A DNA stretch of 62,780 bases, counting the filler, from Chrysochromulina tobinii (taxonomy: Eukaryota): the NCBI GenBank assembly GCA_001275005.1. It is 6 parts of 6 records of this genome, joined end to end, with 100 filler letters (N's around TTAATTAATTAA, not from the genome) between each part and the next. Parts side by side here need not be neighbours in the genome. Positions count along the whole stretch, not along the records: positions 14,955 to 24,796 come from JWZX01000282.1; positions 24,897 to 41,800 come from JWZX01000284.1; 4 more parts are not named here. One strand, 5' to 3'. The notes under the pieces are model-generated. The model did not search any database. It saw nothing but the letters and a program-made list of their open reading frames with translations, and was not told the origin of the DNA. Both the position numbers and the translations under genes were made by a program. Shown piece by piece: positions 22,180 through 33,066 of the stretch. Each line of letters starts with the position of its first letter. The first letter of the stretch is position 1.

Positions 22180-24597
22180 CTAAAAGTGCTTGTTCAGGAA
22201 GGCGAGCAATGCCTCCGGGTGCTCTCCCCAGTAACCGCCCCCCTCGAAGCGGCGTGCCTTGCCAAAGAGGGGCACGGCACCCTGGGGGATGGCGAGGAGC
22301 TCTTTGCCGTGCTCGTCGGGCCCTGGCTCAGGCAGCGCCGCGTGCACCGCCGTCGTGAGCTCGATCGTCTCGGGCGGTGCATCCTGCGCGTACGCGAGGA
22401 GCACAGGCACCGGGCAGCGCGGCGCGACGCGGTCGAGCAGCTCCGCCTCGGGCGACGGCTGGCTCGCCGCCACGGCGCGAAGCCGGAAGAGCGAGAGCGT
22501 TGACAGGTCAGGTGACCACGCGTCCTTCACTATGGGCTTAACGGCCTTCGCCACTCTCGGGCTGTTTACATGGGCCGTGTCGGGCGCAGCAGATTCTACC
22601 GTGGGGTTCAAGTCCGCTAGGAGCTGAAGTGCCGCGCTCGCGCCAACGCCTTGCGCGAGGATCACCACGCGGCAGTAGCGGAAGACGCGATGTTTCTCCA
22701 CGTACGCGAGCACGTCACGCAGCTTCGCCTGCTGCACACGGAGCGCATGTTTTGCGTCCATGGCGGCATCGGCCACCGTCTGCACGCTGGTGACGCCGCG
22801 CACAGTCTGGTTGCCGACCGCGAGGCTGTGCGCCTCGTACGCGAGTACGTTGAAACCCTCGTCCACCAGCTTCTGATGCAGCGGGCGCGTTGCCACTTTG
22901 CCCGCCAGCCAACGCGCTCGCGCGAGCGCGGCGTGGGTCTCATGCTGCGAGTGCGGCGTGGCCACGCCGCGGGGCGTCTGAACGTACTCGCTGCGGCCGG
23001 CCATCCTGGAACCCGCCCCGAGCGGGTGCATCACGATGGCGAGCTTGTTGGCGCCGCGGTGCACCAGCGCCGAGCGCCCGCCTACGATTTCGAACGCAGT
23101 GATCTCGCTACCGCTGGCTGTGCCGATGTGCACCGTCTGGCAGTGCAGAGGGTGCGGCCGCCAGTACAACTGCGCGGGCTCGATGGGCGGTCCTCTATAG
23201 CGCAGGTGGCCGCTGCTGCCCTTCGAGGAGGCTCCGAGCAAGCTGCTTGACTTCCGTGTGGGCGACAGTCGACCGGCCACTGTCGGCGGCGCCGACTGCG
23301 GCCGACCGGCAACGCCCTCGGCCACTTTCGCCGGCGCCGACTGCGGCCGACCGGCAACGCCTTCGGCCACTGTCGCAAGGCCTCCGGCGAGGCCGCTGCT
23401 AGAAGTGCCCTTGCCGCCAGCACCGCGCACCGACTGCGGCTGGGCTGCCGTCGAGGGCCTGCCAGACCCCGGCCTGGATCCCCCCCTGAACCCAGCCCCT
23501 GTATGCGAATGGCCCTTGAAGTCAACCACTTCGGCGTCGTGCAAGTGCTTGCGGACCTCCTCGTACTCGATCAGACCACTCCCGTCCGTGTCCCACTCTT
23601 TGAAGAGCATCTCGAGCGCATCGGGCGCGACGTCGAGGCCGAGCTCGGACATGGCCTTGCAAAACTCCTCGTACGCGATCGAGCCGTTGGCGTCGTCGTC
23701 GAACTGGCGGAACACGTCGATCACGCGCACCATCGACGCCTGCATGGCGCCCTTGATCTGGCCTGGAAGCGAGTGCAGCGCGGCCTCATCGAGGTCGAGA
23801 CCTCCCAACAGGTTGGCGTTACACTTGATGATCTTCTTGGTGCGCAGCGCGATCTTGTTGGCTGCCCTCAGCGGCAGCGGCGGCAGCACGGGCCTCTCCT
23901 TGAAGGATGTTTTGATCGCGTCGAAGAGCTCGCGATACTCGATCGTGCCGCTCTGGTCGGGGTCAAAGGAGGCGAAGACGGCGGCCATCGCCTCAATCGG
24001 CACGCCCTTCATACCAAGCTCGGTCATCGCCTTGTTGAACTCGGCGAAGTCGAGCAGCCCCGACGAGTCGTCGTCAAACTGGCGGAAGAGGTCGACGACG
24101 CGCGCCTTGTGCTCGTCAAGCATCTCGCGGATTGCACCAGGGACCCGATCGAGTTTCATAGTTCCTCTCAAATGGTTCGAGCTGAACATGTTGGCGTCGA
24201 CTTTGCTGATGCGCTTCTTGCGCAGCGCAATGCGATTGGCCGCCGTGAGCTGCAATGGCTCTAGCTCCGGCTTGTGCTGCACTGAACGCACGAGGAGATC
24301 GTGCAGCTCCCTGTACTCAATCGTGCCGCTGTCATTTGGGTCAAAGGAGGCGAAGAGCGCGGTGACCGATGGCTGGTCACCCTTGAAGCCGAGCTCTCCC
24401 ATCGCCTTGACGAACTCGGGACCATCGATGTAGCCCGATGCGTCGTCGTCGATCTGGCGAAAGAGGTCGATGACGCGAGCCAGGTTCTTTTGCAGTGCAC
24501 GGCGCATCTGCGTGGGGATGTTGCCGTTGCCGTCGAGCTTCAGCGGCGTGGCGGCATTCTTCTTTTGGGCGCCGTTGCCAGCGGGCTTAGGAGCCAT
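22180..24597 (-). CDS. multi-EF-hand protein with C-terminal alpha/beta-hydrolase-like region
   Basis: three EF-hand pairs (DDDASGYID, DPNDSGTIE, DDDSSGLLD, DPDQSGTIE, DDDANGSIA, DTDGSGLIE); C-terminal IVMHP, GFNVLAYE, VVILAQGVGASAAL. Confidence 0.85.
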   Translation of the reverse strand: MAPKPAGNGAQKKNAATPLKLDGNGNIPTQMRRALQKNLARVIDLFRQIDDDASGYIDGPEFVKAMGELGFKGDQPSVTALFASFDPNDSGTIEYRELHDLLVRSVQHKPELEPLQLTAANRIALRKKRISKVDANMFSSNHLRGTMKLDRVPGAIREMLDEHKARVVDLFRQFDDDSSGLLDFAEFNKAMTELGMKGVPIEAMAAVFASFDPDQSGTIEYRELFDAIKTSFKERPVLPPLPLRAANKIALRTKKIIKCNANLLGGLDLDEAALHSLPGQIKGAMQASMVRVIDVFRQFDDDANGSIAYEEFCKAMSELGLDVAPDALEMLFKEWDTDGSGLIEYEEVRKHLHDAEVVDFKGHSHTGAGFRGGSRPGSGRPSTAAQPQSVRGAGGKGTSSSGLAGGLATVAEGVAGRPQSAPAKVAEGVAGRPQSAPPTVAGRLSPTRKSSSLLGASSKGSSGHLRYRGPPIEPAQLYWRPHPLHCQTVHIGTASGSEITAFEIVGGRSALVHRGANKLAIVMHPLGAGSRMAGRSEYVQTPRGVATPHSQHETHAALARARWLAGKVATRPLHQKLVDEGFNVLAYEAHSLAVGNQTVRGVTSVQTVADAAMDAKHALRVQQAKLRDVLAYVEKHRVFRYCRVVILAQGVGASAALQLLADLNPTVESAAPDTAHVNSPRVAKAVKPIVKDAWSPDLSTLSLFRLRAVAASQPSPEAELLDRVAPRCPVPVLLAYAQDAPPETIELTTAVHAALPEPGPDEHGKELLAIPQGAVPLFGKARRFEGGGYWGEHPEALLAFLNKHF

Positions 24598-24796
24598 TCC
24601 AGTAGGGACGGTGCCCACAAGAAGGGATACGGAAGGGTCCGTGCCCGAAGAGAACAGCACTCCTCGTTTCTCCGACGCCGCGAGTGAGAAAGGAGAGAGT
24701 TGATACCGGTTAAGGTAGTCCGCTCATGGTGTACATGGGGCAAAAACTGATCTCCAAAAGTACTGAAGGGATTTGAACGAAACTCAAGCCAGAGGT

Positions 24797-24896
24797 NNNN
24801 NNNNNNNNNNNNNNNNNNNNNNNNNNNNNNNNNNNNNNNNTTAATTAATTAANNNNNNNNNNNNNNNNNNNNNNNNNNNNNNNNNNNNNNNNNNNN
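24797..24896. other. artificial contig linker
   Basis: N44-TTAATTAATTAA-N44. Confidence 0.99.
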
Positions 24897-25271
24897 GGTT
24901 GTCTGTCTAGAACACCCTTTGCGCACTCCGCGTGCGACGTCTAAGGTTACTCACCACTACTCAAGTAGTCACTCTTTCCCGCGCTGCACCCCCCCCAAAG
25001 TGGGAATTGCTCAACTATCCGGATAAGTGCACACAAGTGCTTCTCATCTAGTCGACTTTTCCCACTACTTTTCCCACTTTTCTTTCCTTTTAGGGGGACT
25101 GTTTGGGGGTGCAGGCCTCGTCACTCGGCACCCCCGAAATCGGCCCACTCCCGATCGATCCAGGAGGCCGCGCGGCCGTGAACCCCTGACAAAGCATCCA
25201 TGCGAGAGGGTCCGCAACCTTTCAGGGGTAAGGACTCGAGTCAGCTCGCTCAGTGGCGGCTAGGGCGTTCC

Positions 25272-26117
25272 ATGGACCGAACTTCGAGGCGAGCTCTGCT
25301 GAACCTCGCGCTTCTGAGCGTGCCTACGCTTGCTGTCGAGCAGCAGTTGGATTGCGAAAAGGAAGTGACACCTGTGGATATTGTGCCGATACGGAGCCCA
25401 CAATCTGTGCACACTGCATTGGCACGCAGATTTGCAGGTCAGTCTATCATCGAGATCGGCACGCGGAATGGAGATGGAATGGAGTGCTATGCCCGCGTTG
25501 CAAGGCACGCTGTAGCGATTGAGATTGAGCGCTCGTACTGCCCGACGTTAATGACTCGCAGCGCACAGATGCAGCGCGTTAAAACTGGCCATGGTCATGG
25601 GCATCGAAACTTCACCGTGCGGTGCGAGTCCTATGAAGCCACGCCCATGGCAGTGTTTGAGCATGCGGACTACGTCGAGGGGTTCATGGGACATACGGAG
25701 GTCAACGTTCACATTCTTCGCTTCCTTTCGAGCCATAGCGACCGCCTGCGCCCTCATTTTGAGGCCCTGATTCTGCACGACCACGACGCAGGTGAGTGCC
25801 AAATTTCGCTTGAATTATTGAAGCCTTTTGCTACGTGGCACGAGGTGGTTGCCGCAACGCCTTTGGAATGCGCGCGCTGCCACCATGCCATGCAGTCGGG
25901 AATCCTGAGGCCGTCAACATGGGTCAACTGTGGACGCGCGACGATGAGGGTACACATTTTGGGATTTCGAATCCGGAGCGAGCAAGTGAAGGCAGGCCTA
26001 GCTGCGCTCGGCAGTGCAGATGACCCGAAGTCGAAGCTCAGCAAAGCTGTTGAGGAATCGAGAGCAGCCAGAAGACGTGCTCAGCACAGCTGGCCGAATG
26101 ATTGCAACGAATCGTAG
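25272..26117 (+). CDS. putative class I SAM-dependent methyltransferase, secretory-type N-terminus
   Basis: motif I IIEIGTRNGDG, motif II VAIEIE. Confidence 0.6.
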   Translation: MDRTSRRALLNLALLSVPTLAVEQQLDCEKEVTPVDIVPIRSPQSVHTALARRFAGQSIIEIGTRNGDGMECYARVARHAVAIEIERSYCPTLMTRSAQMQRVKTGHGHGHRNFTVRCESYEATPMAVFEHADYVEGFMGHTEVNVHILRFLSSHSDRLRPHFEALILHDHDAGECQISLELLKPFATWHEVVAATPLECARCHHAMQSGILRPSTWVNCGRATMRVHILGFRIRSEQVKAGLAALGSADDPKSKLSKAVEESRAARRRAQHSWPNDCNES

Positions 26118-26799
26118 GAGAATCTTGCATTCGGGCAATCTTGGGGATGCGCTCTCCCCTGGGGCGCTACTTCGTTCAACAGAGCTCCGTGCCACATTCT
26201 CAACTACGAAGTCTACCAAGCTGCGCGCGCGGCGCGGTCCAGCGGCGTGGTGAGCATGATCCTCGGGCACACGCCATTGCAACTGTTTAACCCACCATGC
26301 ACATGGTATGCATCCAGCAGCTGAGCGGCGTTTCAAAGCGGCGCTTCCACGCCACACAGCATCCCCGGAGGTGCGATGTGCGTGTTGACATCGAGAAGAG
26401 CCGCGAGATTAGCGCCGCCGTCCCCGCACGTGCGGGTGCGCTCGGCAGCGCACCGCGGGGACCGGGGTTGGATCGGAATCAGAGGTCCATACTGATATTT
26501 TACTGATACTCACCCTTTACCGAGCGGTGCGCGTGTGCTAGCAGCTAGGTATGGTCCAGTACACCCAAAGCAAGCTTCCTAGCTGACGCACCCCTTATAT
26601 GATATATAATATGCTTTTACCGAGCCTCGGCCCGGCGCCTCGCGCGGCCGGGTGCCGTCAAGGCTCCACGGGCACGGCGCCCCGCCCGGCCTGAGCGGCC
26701 CTGACACGCGACATTAGACGTACGTAACGAACACGACGTCTTCCCAATGCCTCAGAAACCCCATTGTAGTCAGTCAGCGCGCCAGTGCGCGGCCATAGG

Positions 26800-27867
26800 T
26801 CATCCGTCCCGCCCTTGCACGTACCTCTTTGTATCATATCGGCTACGTTGCGTGTCTTCGAAATTACAGCCAAGCGGGCGACCTGTTACGAACTCCGTAC
26901 CACGCAGCTTGCGCACTCCGCACAGATTGCGGAAGCACGTGAGTGATGCAATCGTGTGGTCGTCCCCCTCCATGACTGAGTACTTGCCGTTGCCGATGAT
27001 CCAGCGCTTGTTGTCTCGCGAAGGCCCGCCGTGGAAGTCGCGGTTGAGCACATCAATGAAGCTCTTGAGCAACGCAATCGATGTGCCTGGATGGCCGGGG
27101 GGGCCTCCTCCGCAATGCTCGCCATAGCAGCCCCATTGCTTGCTGGCATAATACTGAGTCTCAATGTCCTCGATGACATAGAGTCCGCCCGGCCGGACGT
27201 GGGGCCACAGCGCTCGGATAGAGGCGAGGTGCTGGAAGTTGGCATGCCCGCCGTCGTCTATTATAATGTCAAAGCCTCCTGGCGTCGCGTTCACGAGATG
27301 GCTGAGGAAGACAGGGTCGGCCTGACTTCCGACGTGAATGGTCATCTGTTGCGGAGAGCTTGCCGAAGAGATTGCAACGCACGGGTCCTTCTTCAGGAGA
27401 TTTGCATCATCCGACGACGTGAGGCCGCAGCGGGCGCCGTTCACCTGCTTGTGAAGGGTGGCACTACCCTGCGCCTTGCCATTCTCCACGCCGTGCACCT
27501 CAAGTTTCACACCAAGCGCTGATCGCCAGAGAGGCAACGACTCACCCGAATCAACACCTATCTCCAGCAGCCGAAGGCCTTCTCCGCCTGGGTGTAAGAA
27601 CTTGAATGGCGCGAAGAGCTCCGCGTACATCCACCCAAAGCACCCCTCTTCTTTGCCAGCCTTGCTCCTCTTGAATGCCTCAGCGATTTTAGCGGGCTCG
27701 TCACGGCAGACTTTCAGCCTGTCAATGGCACTAGAAGAGGAAGGCGATGTGCTTTCGCTCAGCTCACGTGGCGCTGAAGGGCCGAGGCTCGGTGGCAGAC
27801 GCACACCAACCATCACGCCGAAGCCGAACACGACGACGACGACAAGAAAGCCGATGCCCCGCACCAT
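26800..27867 (-). CDS. class I SAM-dependent O-methyltransferase (MycE/sugar-OMT-like) with N-terminal membrane anchor
   Basis: LLEIGVDSGESL, FDIIIDDGGH, LWPHVRPGGLYVIEDI. Confidence 0.85.
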   Translation of the reverse strand: MVRGIGFLVVVVVFGFGVMVGVRLPPSLGPSAPRELSESTSPSSSSAIDRLKVCRDEPAKIAEAFKRSKAGKEEGCFGWMYAELFAPFKFLHPGGEGLRLLEIGVDSGESLPLWRSALGVKLEVHGVENGKAQGSATLHKQVNGARCGLTSSDDANLLKKDPCVAISSASSPQQMTIHVGSQADPVFLSHLVNATPGGFDIIIDDGGHANFQHLASIRALWPHVRPGGLYVIEDIETQYYASKQWGCYGEHCGGGPPGHPGTSIALLKSFIDVLNRDFHGGPSRDNKRWIIGNGKYSVMEGDDHTIASLTCFRNLCGVRKLRGTEFVTGRPLGCNFEDTQRSRYDTKRYVQGRDG

Positions 27868-28221
27868 TAGAGGTAACGGTGCGGCGGCGCGCGCGTATCC
27901 CTACCCTTCGCGTCGGCGCGCGATCGATAGTCCCCATTTTATGCGTGTTCCCAAACTTCCTTACGGGTACTGTAGCCATTGTTCATGTTACCGCGGTAAT
28001 ACCGGTAAAAAGACACAGGGGGGAATACCGTACACACAACACGTACCGGTACAGAGCCCAGAAGAGAAGACAATACAAGACCCCGAAACAAGGCCCCGAA
28101 GGGAGACACATGCAGGCAGAGAGCCGAGAAACAGCCTATAAGAGAAGATCGGCGAGACCCAAATATGAACTCGGGAGGGAGCGCGCCCGCACGTACACAC
28201 GTTCCCCTTGCTGGCCTGTTG

Positions 28222-28377
28222 GCAGTAGTCATGTAAGCGCCCCCCCCGGGGGACGCGCCTGCATCAGCGCCGCTGTACTGTGTGGTCCTGTCACTGAGTT
28301 CAAAATCAGGTGGTGGGGATAGTGTGTGAATCCAGAAAGAATACCCTCCCCTACCGCCTACCCCTTTGGGTCAAGTG
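28222..28377 (+). mobile_element. longest copy of the interspersed repeat family
   Basis: 5' part matches the reverse complement of 38386-38448; 3' part matches the reverse complement of 8734-8812. Confidence 0.65.
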
Positions 28378-28767
28378 TTTTAATTCACACGATCGTTCAC
28401 TCCGCCGGATAAGACAAAGTCAAGTTTTGCGATCCGGTTTTGATCCTGGACCCGTGCGAGTGTCGGACTGCGTACCTTAGTGCCGTAATTTGTGGTAATA
28501 GTCTCTAACGCGTGACGGACCCGGCCGACCTGCTCCGAGAACGGCGTGTTCGCTGGAGGCGGCTGTCGGCTGTGTCCGGTCCGATCCGCCGAGATGTGAG
28601 TCGATATCACGAACGATGTCGGTGCGACGTGTGAGTTCTGAGTAGAGCGAGCGCCACATGTGCATCGGTGTAGTATAAAGGCGTCACCATTCGCCGCGGT
28701 TTCTCATCTCAAGTTCGTCGTCTTCGTCTGGCTCTGGGTCGCGCGCTCTATACTTTAAGAAGCCGAG

Positions 28768-30612
28768 CTAAAGCTCTTCTTTGGGTTTAGGCGCCGCTGA
28801 TGGACTTGCGTCCGCGTCGCCGCCTGCGCCTGAGCCGCCGGCGGCGTTGGCGCCGCTCCCATCCTTAGCGGCGGGTGCAAGCGCGGTGGCAACCTCCACG
28901 AGCGCCTGTAGCCGCGGTAGCTCACAGCGCGGCAGCAGCTTGGCACACTGCGACAGGCCTTGATCGTCGAGCACGGCGCGCATCAGCACTTCCGCATGCT
29001 CATCCACGACAGCGCGACAGCGGAGCTTGCCCCGGGCATGGCAGGCGCTCACATCCACCTTCCCCTCCTTCACCGCGGGCCAGGCGAGGCTCTCAGCGCC
29101 CTCGCCACCCTCGCCACCCGCGCCGCCCTCGCCGCTACTGCTGCTGCCACGCTTGTCGCTGCCGCCGCGCTCGTCGCTGCTGCCGCCCTTGAGGTAGTCA
29201 AACTCTTGCGCCGCCCTCTTCGCTGATGCTGTTTTCGTCGCTGTGGCCACGGTCTCGTTGAAGACTGCCATCGCGTCCCCACACACAGGCTGGAGCAGCG
29301 AGGCTTCGTCACAAACGCCCTCGAGAGCCTCCTCCAGTGCAGCGGCGAGGGCGACCCGGTACTCATTCTTGAGCCAGCGCTTGGTCTGCGCCTTCTGCAC
29401 CTTGTCAATCTTCTGGGCCTTGCGCTCATTGGCCTCCTTGGAGAGCTCGAGCTCGTCGTGCGTCGTCTCGAGCGCCCGCCGCAGCTTCCCGACGATGAGC
29501 CCGCATAGGTCACAGCGCTCGAGCGGTTGCCGCGGGTCCGTCGGAGGGGCGGCGCTTGCGGGAGCACGCCGCCGCGCCGCGGCGGCCTTGGTGGCGGCCT
29601 TGAGACTGTCGTGATTCTTCGCGAGCAGCTCGGTCATCCGCTCCTCGCGCTCCTTGAGCACAACGCCGAGGGCACTGCCTTCCTTTTTAGGAAGGAACGT
29701 GAGCAGAAACTGCGTGAGCTGCGTGCGCACCTCGGGCTCTCTGGCAAACGCGAGCGCCTTCTCGCCCAGTTCGGGCATCGACTTGGGCTCGTCGCGGTCT
29801 CCGACGAGATAGAGCACGAGTGACGCGCCATTCGGGTCCGCGAGCGGCGCGTTCGTGGGCACTTCGTTCTTGAGCAGGTCGAGCTGAGCAAAGGCGAGCT
29901 TGACGTGCGCGCCACTCGTCGTGTTGAGGCCGACCGCGAGGCTGTAGAACTCTGAGGCGAGCGCGGCGTAGCGCATGTCCGAGAACTCGTAAGCCCTCTC
30001 TTTGGTCGCCGAGCCGTTGTGCAGCAGCACGAGCACGTGCTGGTCAGGCGCGCGGATACCCTTGGAAAAGGTTGTGCCCACTAGCCGTGTCACCACGCCG
30101 CGCACCTTGGACGCCTTGCCCTTGGGCTCCTTTTCGGACTTGCCCTTGTGCTGGAAGGCAGCAATGGCCTTGTCACGGGCCTCGCCATCGCAACCCGGCA
30201 CCGCTTTCGCGCAGAAGCCCTCGTGCTTCTGATCGAGGATGGCGCGCGGCAGAGCATCCTCGTGCTCCTCGATCAGCTTCGTGCAAGCCCCGATGAGCGC
30301 ACGGCTCGAGGTAATGGCGTCGCGCCCACACACTTTCTCCATCTCCTCCTCGATGCTCGCGCGCAGCGCCACATTGTACTCATTCTTGAGCCAGCGTTTG
30401 GTCTGCGCCTTTTGCACTTTGTCGATCTTCTGCGCCTTGAGATCGTTGGCCTCTTTGGACAGCTCGAGCTCCTTCTTCTCGCGGGAAAACGCGACGGCGA
30501 GCTGCTTCACCGTCGTGGTGCACGCAGCGCACGCGGCGGCCGAGTCGGGCTGCGCGACGGCAGCGGCCTTGAGCAGGGCGAGAATTACGACTGAACGAGC
30601 TGGGGTCCGCAT
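28768..30612 (-). CDS. ER-lumenal protein with two Canopy/saposin-B-like domains flanking a thioredoxin-like segment
   Basis: signal peptide, CAAC and CDLC starts with saposin Cys spacing, duplicated KAQKIDKVQKAQTKRWLKNEY, C-terminal KEEL. Confidence 0.7.
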   Translation of the reverse strand: MRTPARSVVILALLKAAAVAQPDSAAACAACTTTVKQLAVAFSREKKELELSKEANDLKAQKIDKVQKAQTKRWLKNEYNVALRASIEEEMEKVCGRDAITSSRALIGACTKLIEEHEDALPRAILDQKHEGFCAKAVPGCDGEARDKAIAAFQHKGKSEKEPKGKASKVRGVVTRLVGTTFSKGIRAPDQHVLVLLHNGSATKERAYEFSDMRYAALASEFYSLAVGLNTTSGAHVKLAFAQLDLLKNEVPTNAPLADPNGASLVLYLVGDRDEPKSMPELGEKALAFAREPEVRTQLTQFLLTFLPKKEGSALGVVLKEREERMTELLAKNHDSLKAATKAAAARRRAPASAAPPTDPRQPLERCDLCGLIVGKLRRALETTHDELELSKEANERKAQKIDKVQKAQTKRWLKNEYRVALAAALEEALEGVCDEASLLQPVCGDAMAVFNETVATATKTASAKRAAQEFDYLKGGSSDERGGSDKRGSSSSGEGGAGGEGGEGAESLAWPAVKEGKVDVSACHARGKLRCRAVVDEHAEVLMRAVLDDQGLSQCAKLLPRCELPRLQALVEVATALAPAAKDGSGANAAGGSGAGGDADASPSAAPKPKEEL

Positions 30613-30873
30613 GACACGTCACAGGCTTCCGGAAAAAAATTTTGGGGGGAGAAAAGGAGAAAAGGATGTCTCTGTCGGGGGGAGCCGTTGACTCAGCCGT
30701 CCTCAACGTGCCTAGCACAAGATGAAATGTCAGAGCAATCAATCCCCAAAGAGGCTTTGAGGGCTCCTGTGACCGTACCTTGGTCGACTTTATAAGGTGA
30801 AAAAGGACTAGGAATCCAGGAAAAATAACTGGCTTTATAAACTATAATTTTCTGTGAAAAGTGATTCCTTTTT

Positions 30874-30946
30874 GGGCCTGTGGCCTAATGGACAAGGCAT
30901 CCGACCTCGGATCGGGAGATTGTAGGTTCGAGTCCTACCAGGCTCA
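30874..30946 (+). tRNA. trnR-UCG: tRNA-Arg(UCG), C at position 33
   Basis: acceptor GGGCCTG/CAGGCTC, D arm, anticodon stem TCCGA/TCGGG with loop CC-TCG-GA, T arm GTAGG-TTCGAGT-CCTAC. Confidence 0.95.
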
Positions 30947-30947
30947 A

Positions 30948-30954
30948 TTTTTTT
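30948..30954 (+). terminator. Pol III T7 terminator
   Basis: T7 immediately after the tRNA. Confidence 0.8.
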
Positions 30955-31023
30955 CCGGAAACACTTCCCTGTGAATATGTTTTCACGGCTGTTTTGTGTT
31001 ATCAATGAAAATGTCAGAAAAGC

Positions 31024-31632
31024 ATGACGACCCGCTGCAATGACTCGCATTGTGCATGGCGCGATGCAGACGCCAGAATACTCTATGCGCCACTCGACCC
31101 GCTGGCGTGGCGACGTAACGGCGTTCGTGAGTTGCAAACAAAGGTTGCACTTGCTGACGATGGCAAGGGTAGGGGCGTTTTTGCGCGGCAGCGTGCAGGT
31201 CCGGGCAGATGGGTGTGCTCGTATGCCGGCACATACTTCGGTCCGCGTGCACTGCTGCGAAGATACCAGGCTGGTGATGTGCCCATGTATGCCTATCGTC
31301 TGGGGCTGGGCGCCATCGATGCACGGGACAGCAGCCACTTCTCGGCGATGATCAATCACAACGAGAAGGCGAATTTGCATGCGATTGTGTCGGTCGCGGC
31401 CAAACGTATCGATTTCTACGCCAAGCGCCCTCTGAGCGTAGGCACGGAGCTCACGATCGACTACGGGACGGGATACTGGCGCAGTCGCACGCAGCGGCCC
31501 GCTGGCGGCACCGAATCCAGGCCAATCGCCCTGCGTGGAAAACGAAGATGGCGGCCGCCCCACCTCTGGGGGCGACCTGTCAGCCGCGCGAATCACACGT
31601 CATTCGATCATCTGCATTCTTCGGATGGATGA
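31024..31632 (+). CDS. stand-alone SET-domain protein
   Basis: KGRGVFA, SYAG, AMINHN, ELTIDYG. Confidence 0.85.
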   Translation: MTTRCNDSHCAWRDADARILYAPLDPLAWRRNGVRELQTKVALADDGKGRGVFARQRAGPGRWVCSYAGTYFGPRALLRRYQAGDVPMYAYRLGLGAIDARDSSHFSAMINHNEKANLHAIVSVAAKRIDFYAKRPLSVGTELTIDYGTGYWRSRTQRPAGGTESRPIALRGKRRWRPPHLWGRPVSRANHTSFDHLHSSDG

Positions 31633-32049
31633 GGTGTTGATGCGCAGCGCCGCAGGTGATGGCGTGATGCGTGATCGTCGGAAAACTTCGATTCCGATGG
31701 CGACCCGTGTTAGACCCGTGCGGTGCGCGCTTGTGACCGCCTCGTGTCGGTGAACCATGCGGTGAACGCGCAGTGCGCGTTGATGATCCGATCGTTATTT
31801 TAACACAATAAGGTGACCTGCGCGCGCGCGTAGCGACACCGACAGTCTTTACTCGCAGTTGAGCTTGGGGCGGCTGTGGCTCAGGCTCAGGCAGCTGTGT
31901 CGTGTGTTAGCTGAATTCTCTCATCGGTCCCGACGGGCGGACGCGGCCGAGGGCGTGTATGCGGGGTGTACGGACCGGACGGATGTGTCTTGACCCGACC
32001 GGACGAAGGGCCCGGCCGCACGGCAAGAGCTCTGACGTGACTTGTGCCT

Positions 32050-33066
32050 CTAGTTCTGCTTGATGAGATTGAGCGACAGAATGCCGCCAAGGGCTACGAT
32101 CAATGGGAAGAGAAACGGCTGCGACACCACATTCATGATTTTCTCCTTGATGCTTGTCTCCTGACTCGCACTCTTCGTGTTCTTGGAGCCGATCTTTGAA
32201 AAGACGGTCGTATACTGGTTGCTGTCATCGGCCTCCGCCAGCCTGGCCGCATCAGCCTCCTCGGCGGAGACGGTCTTGTAGTCGCTTGTGGCGGCGGCCA
32301 CACCGGCCTGGTTGCGCACGCCGACCACGGCCGCGACCACAGCGCCCGCCGCCAGCAGCTGATCAACGTAAGGCCCTAACGCACCCAGCTCATCTTTCAG
32401 ATCAGCTACGTCGATGATCAGCTTGAGGCCGACCGCGAAGCTGAGGATACGCCCCTTGCCAAAGAAGAGCCAGCTGAAGAGCACGACTATGCGGCTCCTG
32501 TACAGACCGGCGCGAATCGCGCCCTCGTCCAGCCCTCCCTCTGGTGTCATCCAGCGAGCGCGCCGTTCGTCACAAAGCTCGGGCTTGATCAAGCCCGACT
32601 TGCTCTCGACCAGCGCATCAAAGACGACATCGAGTGCCACCTTGGTCACTGGCATGGTCTCAAAATCAGCGACTGACCGGCCGAAGGCGGCAGCAAGCTT
32701 GGCATTGCGAAAGGGCATCTTCGGCACGTTTTGCAAGAGTGCCACCCGCTCGACGACACCGATGCGCTGCGCCATCTCAAAGCGTTTCTTGGTGGCGCCT
32801 TGCGCCATATCCTCCTTGCGCTTCGCCTTCACGAGGGCGAATTCGGAGCGCGTTCCCCACTCGCTCGCGGAATCCCAGCGGCCAAGCACGTTGGCCAGAT
32901 CAAGCAGGGTGCACGTGTCTGGCACCCAAAACTCTGCGCGCCGGAATACATTGCCCTCGCCGGCAATGGACATCGTGCTCACAGAGCGAGGCTGCGTGAC
33001 TCTGTGGGCGTATAGTGGAGAAATAAAAGCCGTCGCTGCGACCCAGCACACAACGAAGCACGCCAT
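32050..33066 (-). CDS. putative plastid-targeted membrane protein of unknown function
   Basis: signal peptide ending ATA-F, transit-like segment, C-terminal hydrophobic helices. Confidence 0.7.
   Translation of the reverse strand: MACFVVCWVAATAFISPLYAHRVTQPRSVSTMSIAGEGNVFRRAEFWVPDTCTLLDLANVLGRWDSASEWGTRSEFALVKAKRKEDMAQGATKKRFEMAQRIGVVERVALLQNVPKMPFRNAKLAAAFGRSVADFETMPVTKVALDVVFDALVESKSGLIKPELCDERRARWMTPEGGLDEGAIRAGLYRSRIVVLFSWLFFGKGRILSFAVGLKLIIDVADLKDELGALGPYVDQLLAAGAVVAAVVGVRNQAGVAAATSDYKTVSAEEADAARLAEADDSNQYTTVFSKIGSKNTKSASQETSIKEKIMNVVSQPFLFPLIVALGGILSLNLIKQN

Noticed and set aside
25272..27867. Biosynthetic gene cluster from two convergent methyltransferases
   Set aside because: No scaffold-forming enzyme nearby; adjacency alone is insufficient.
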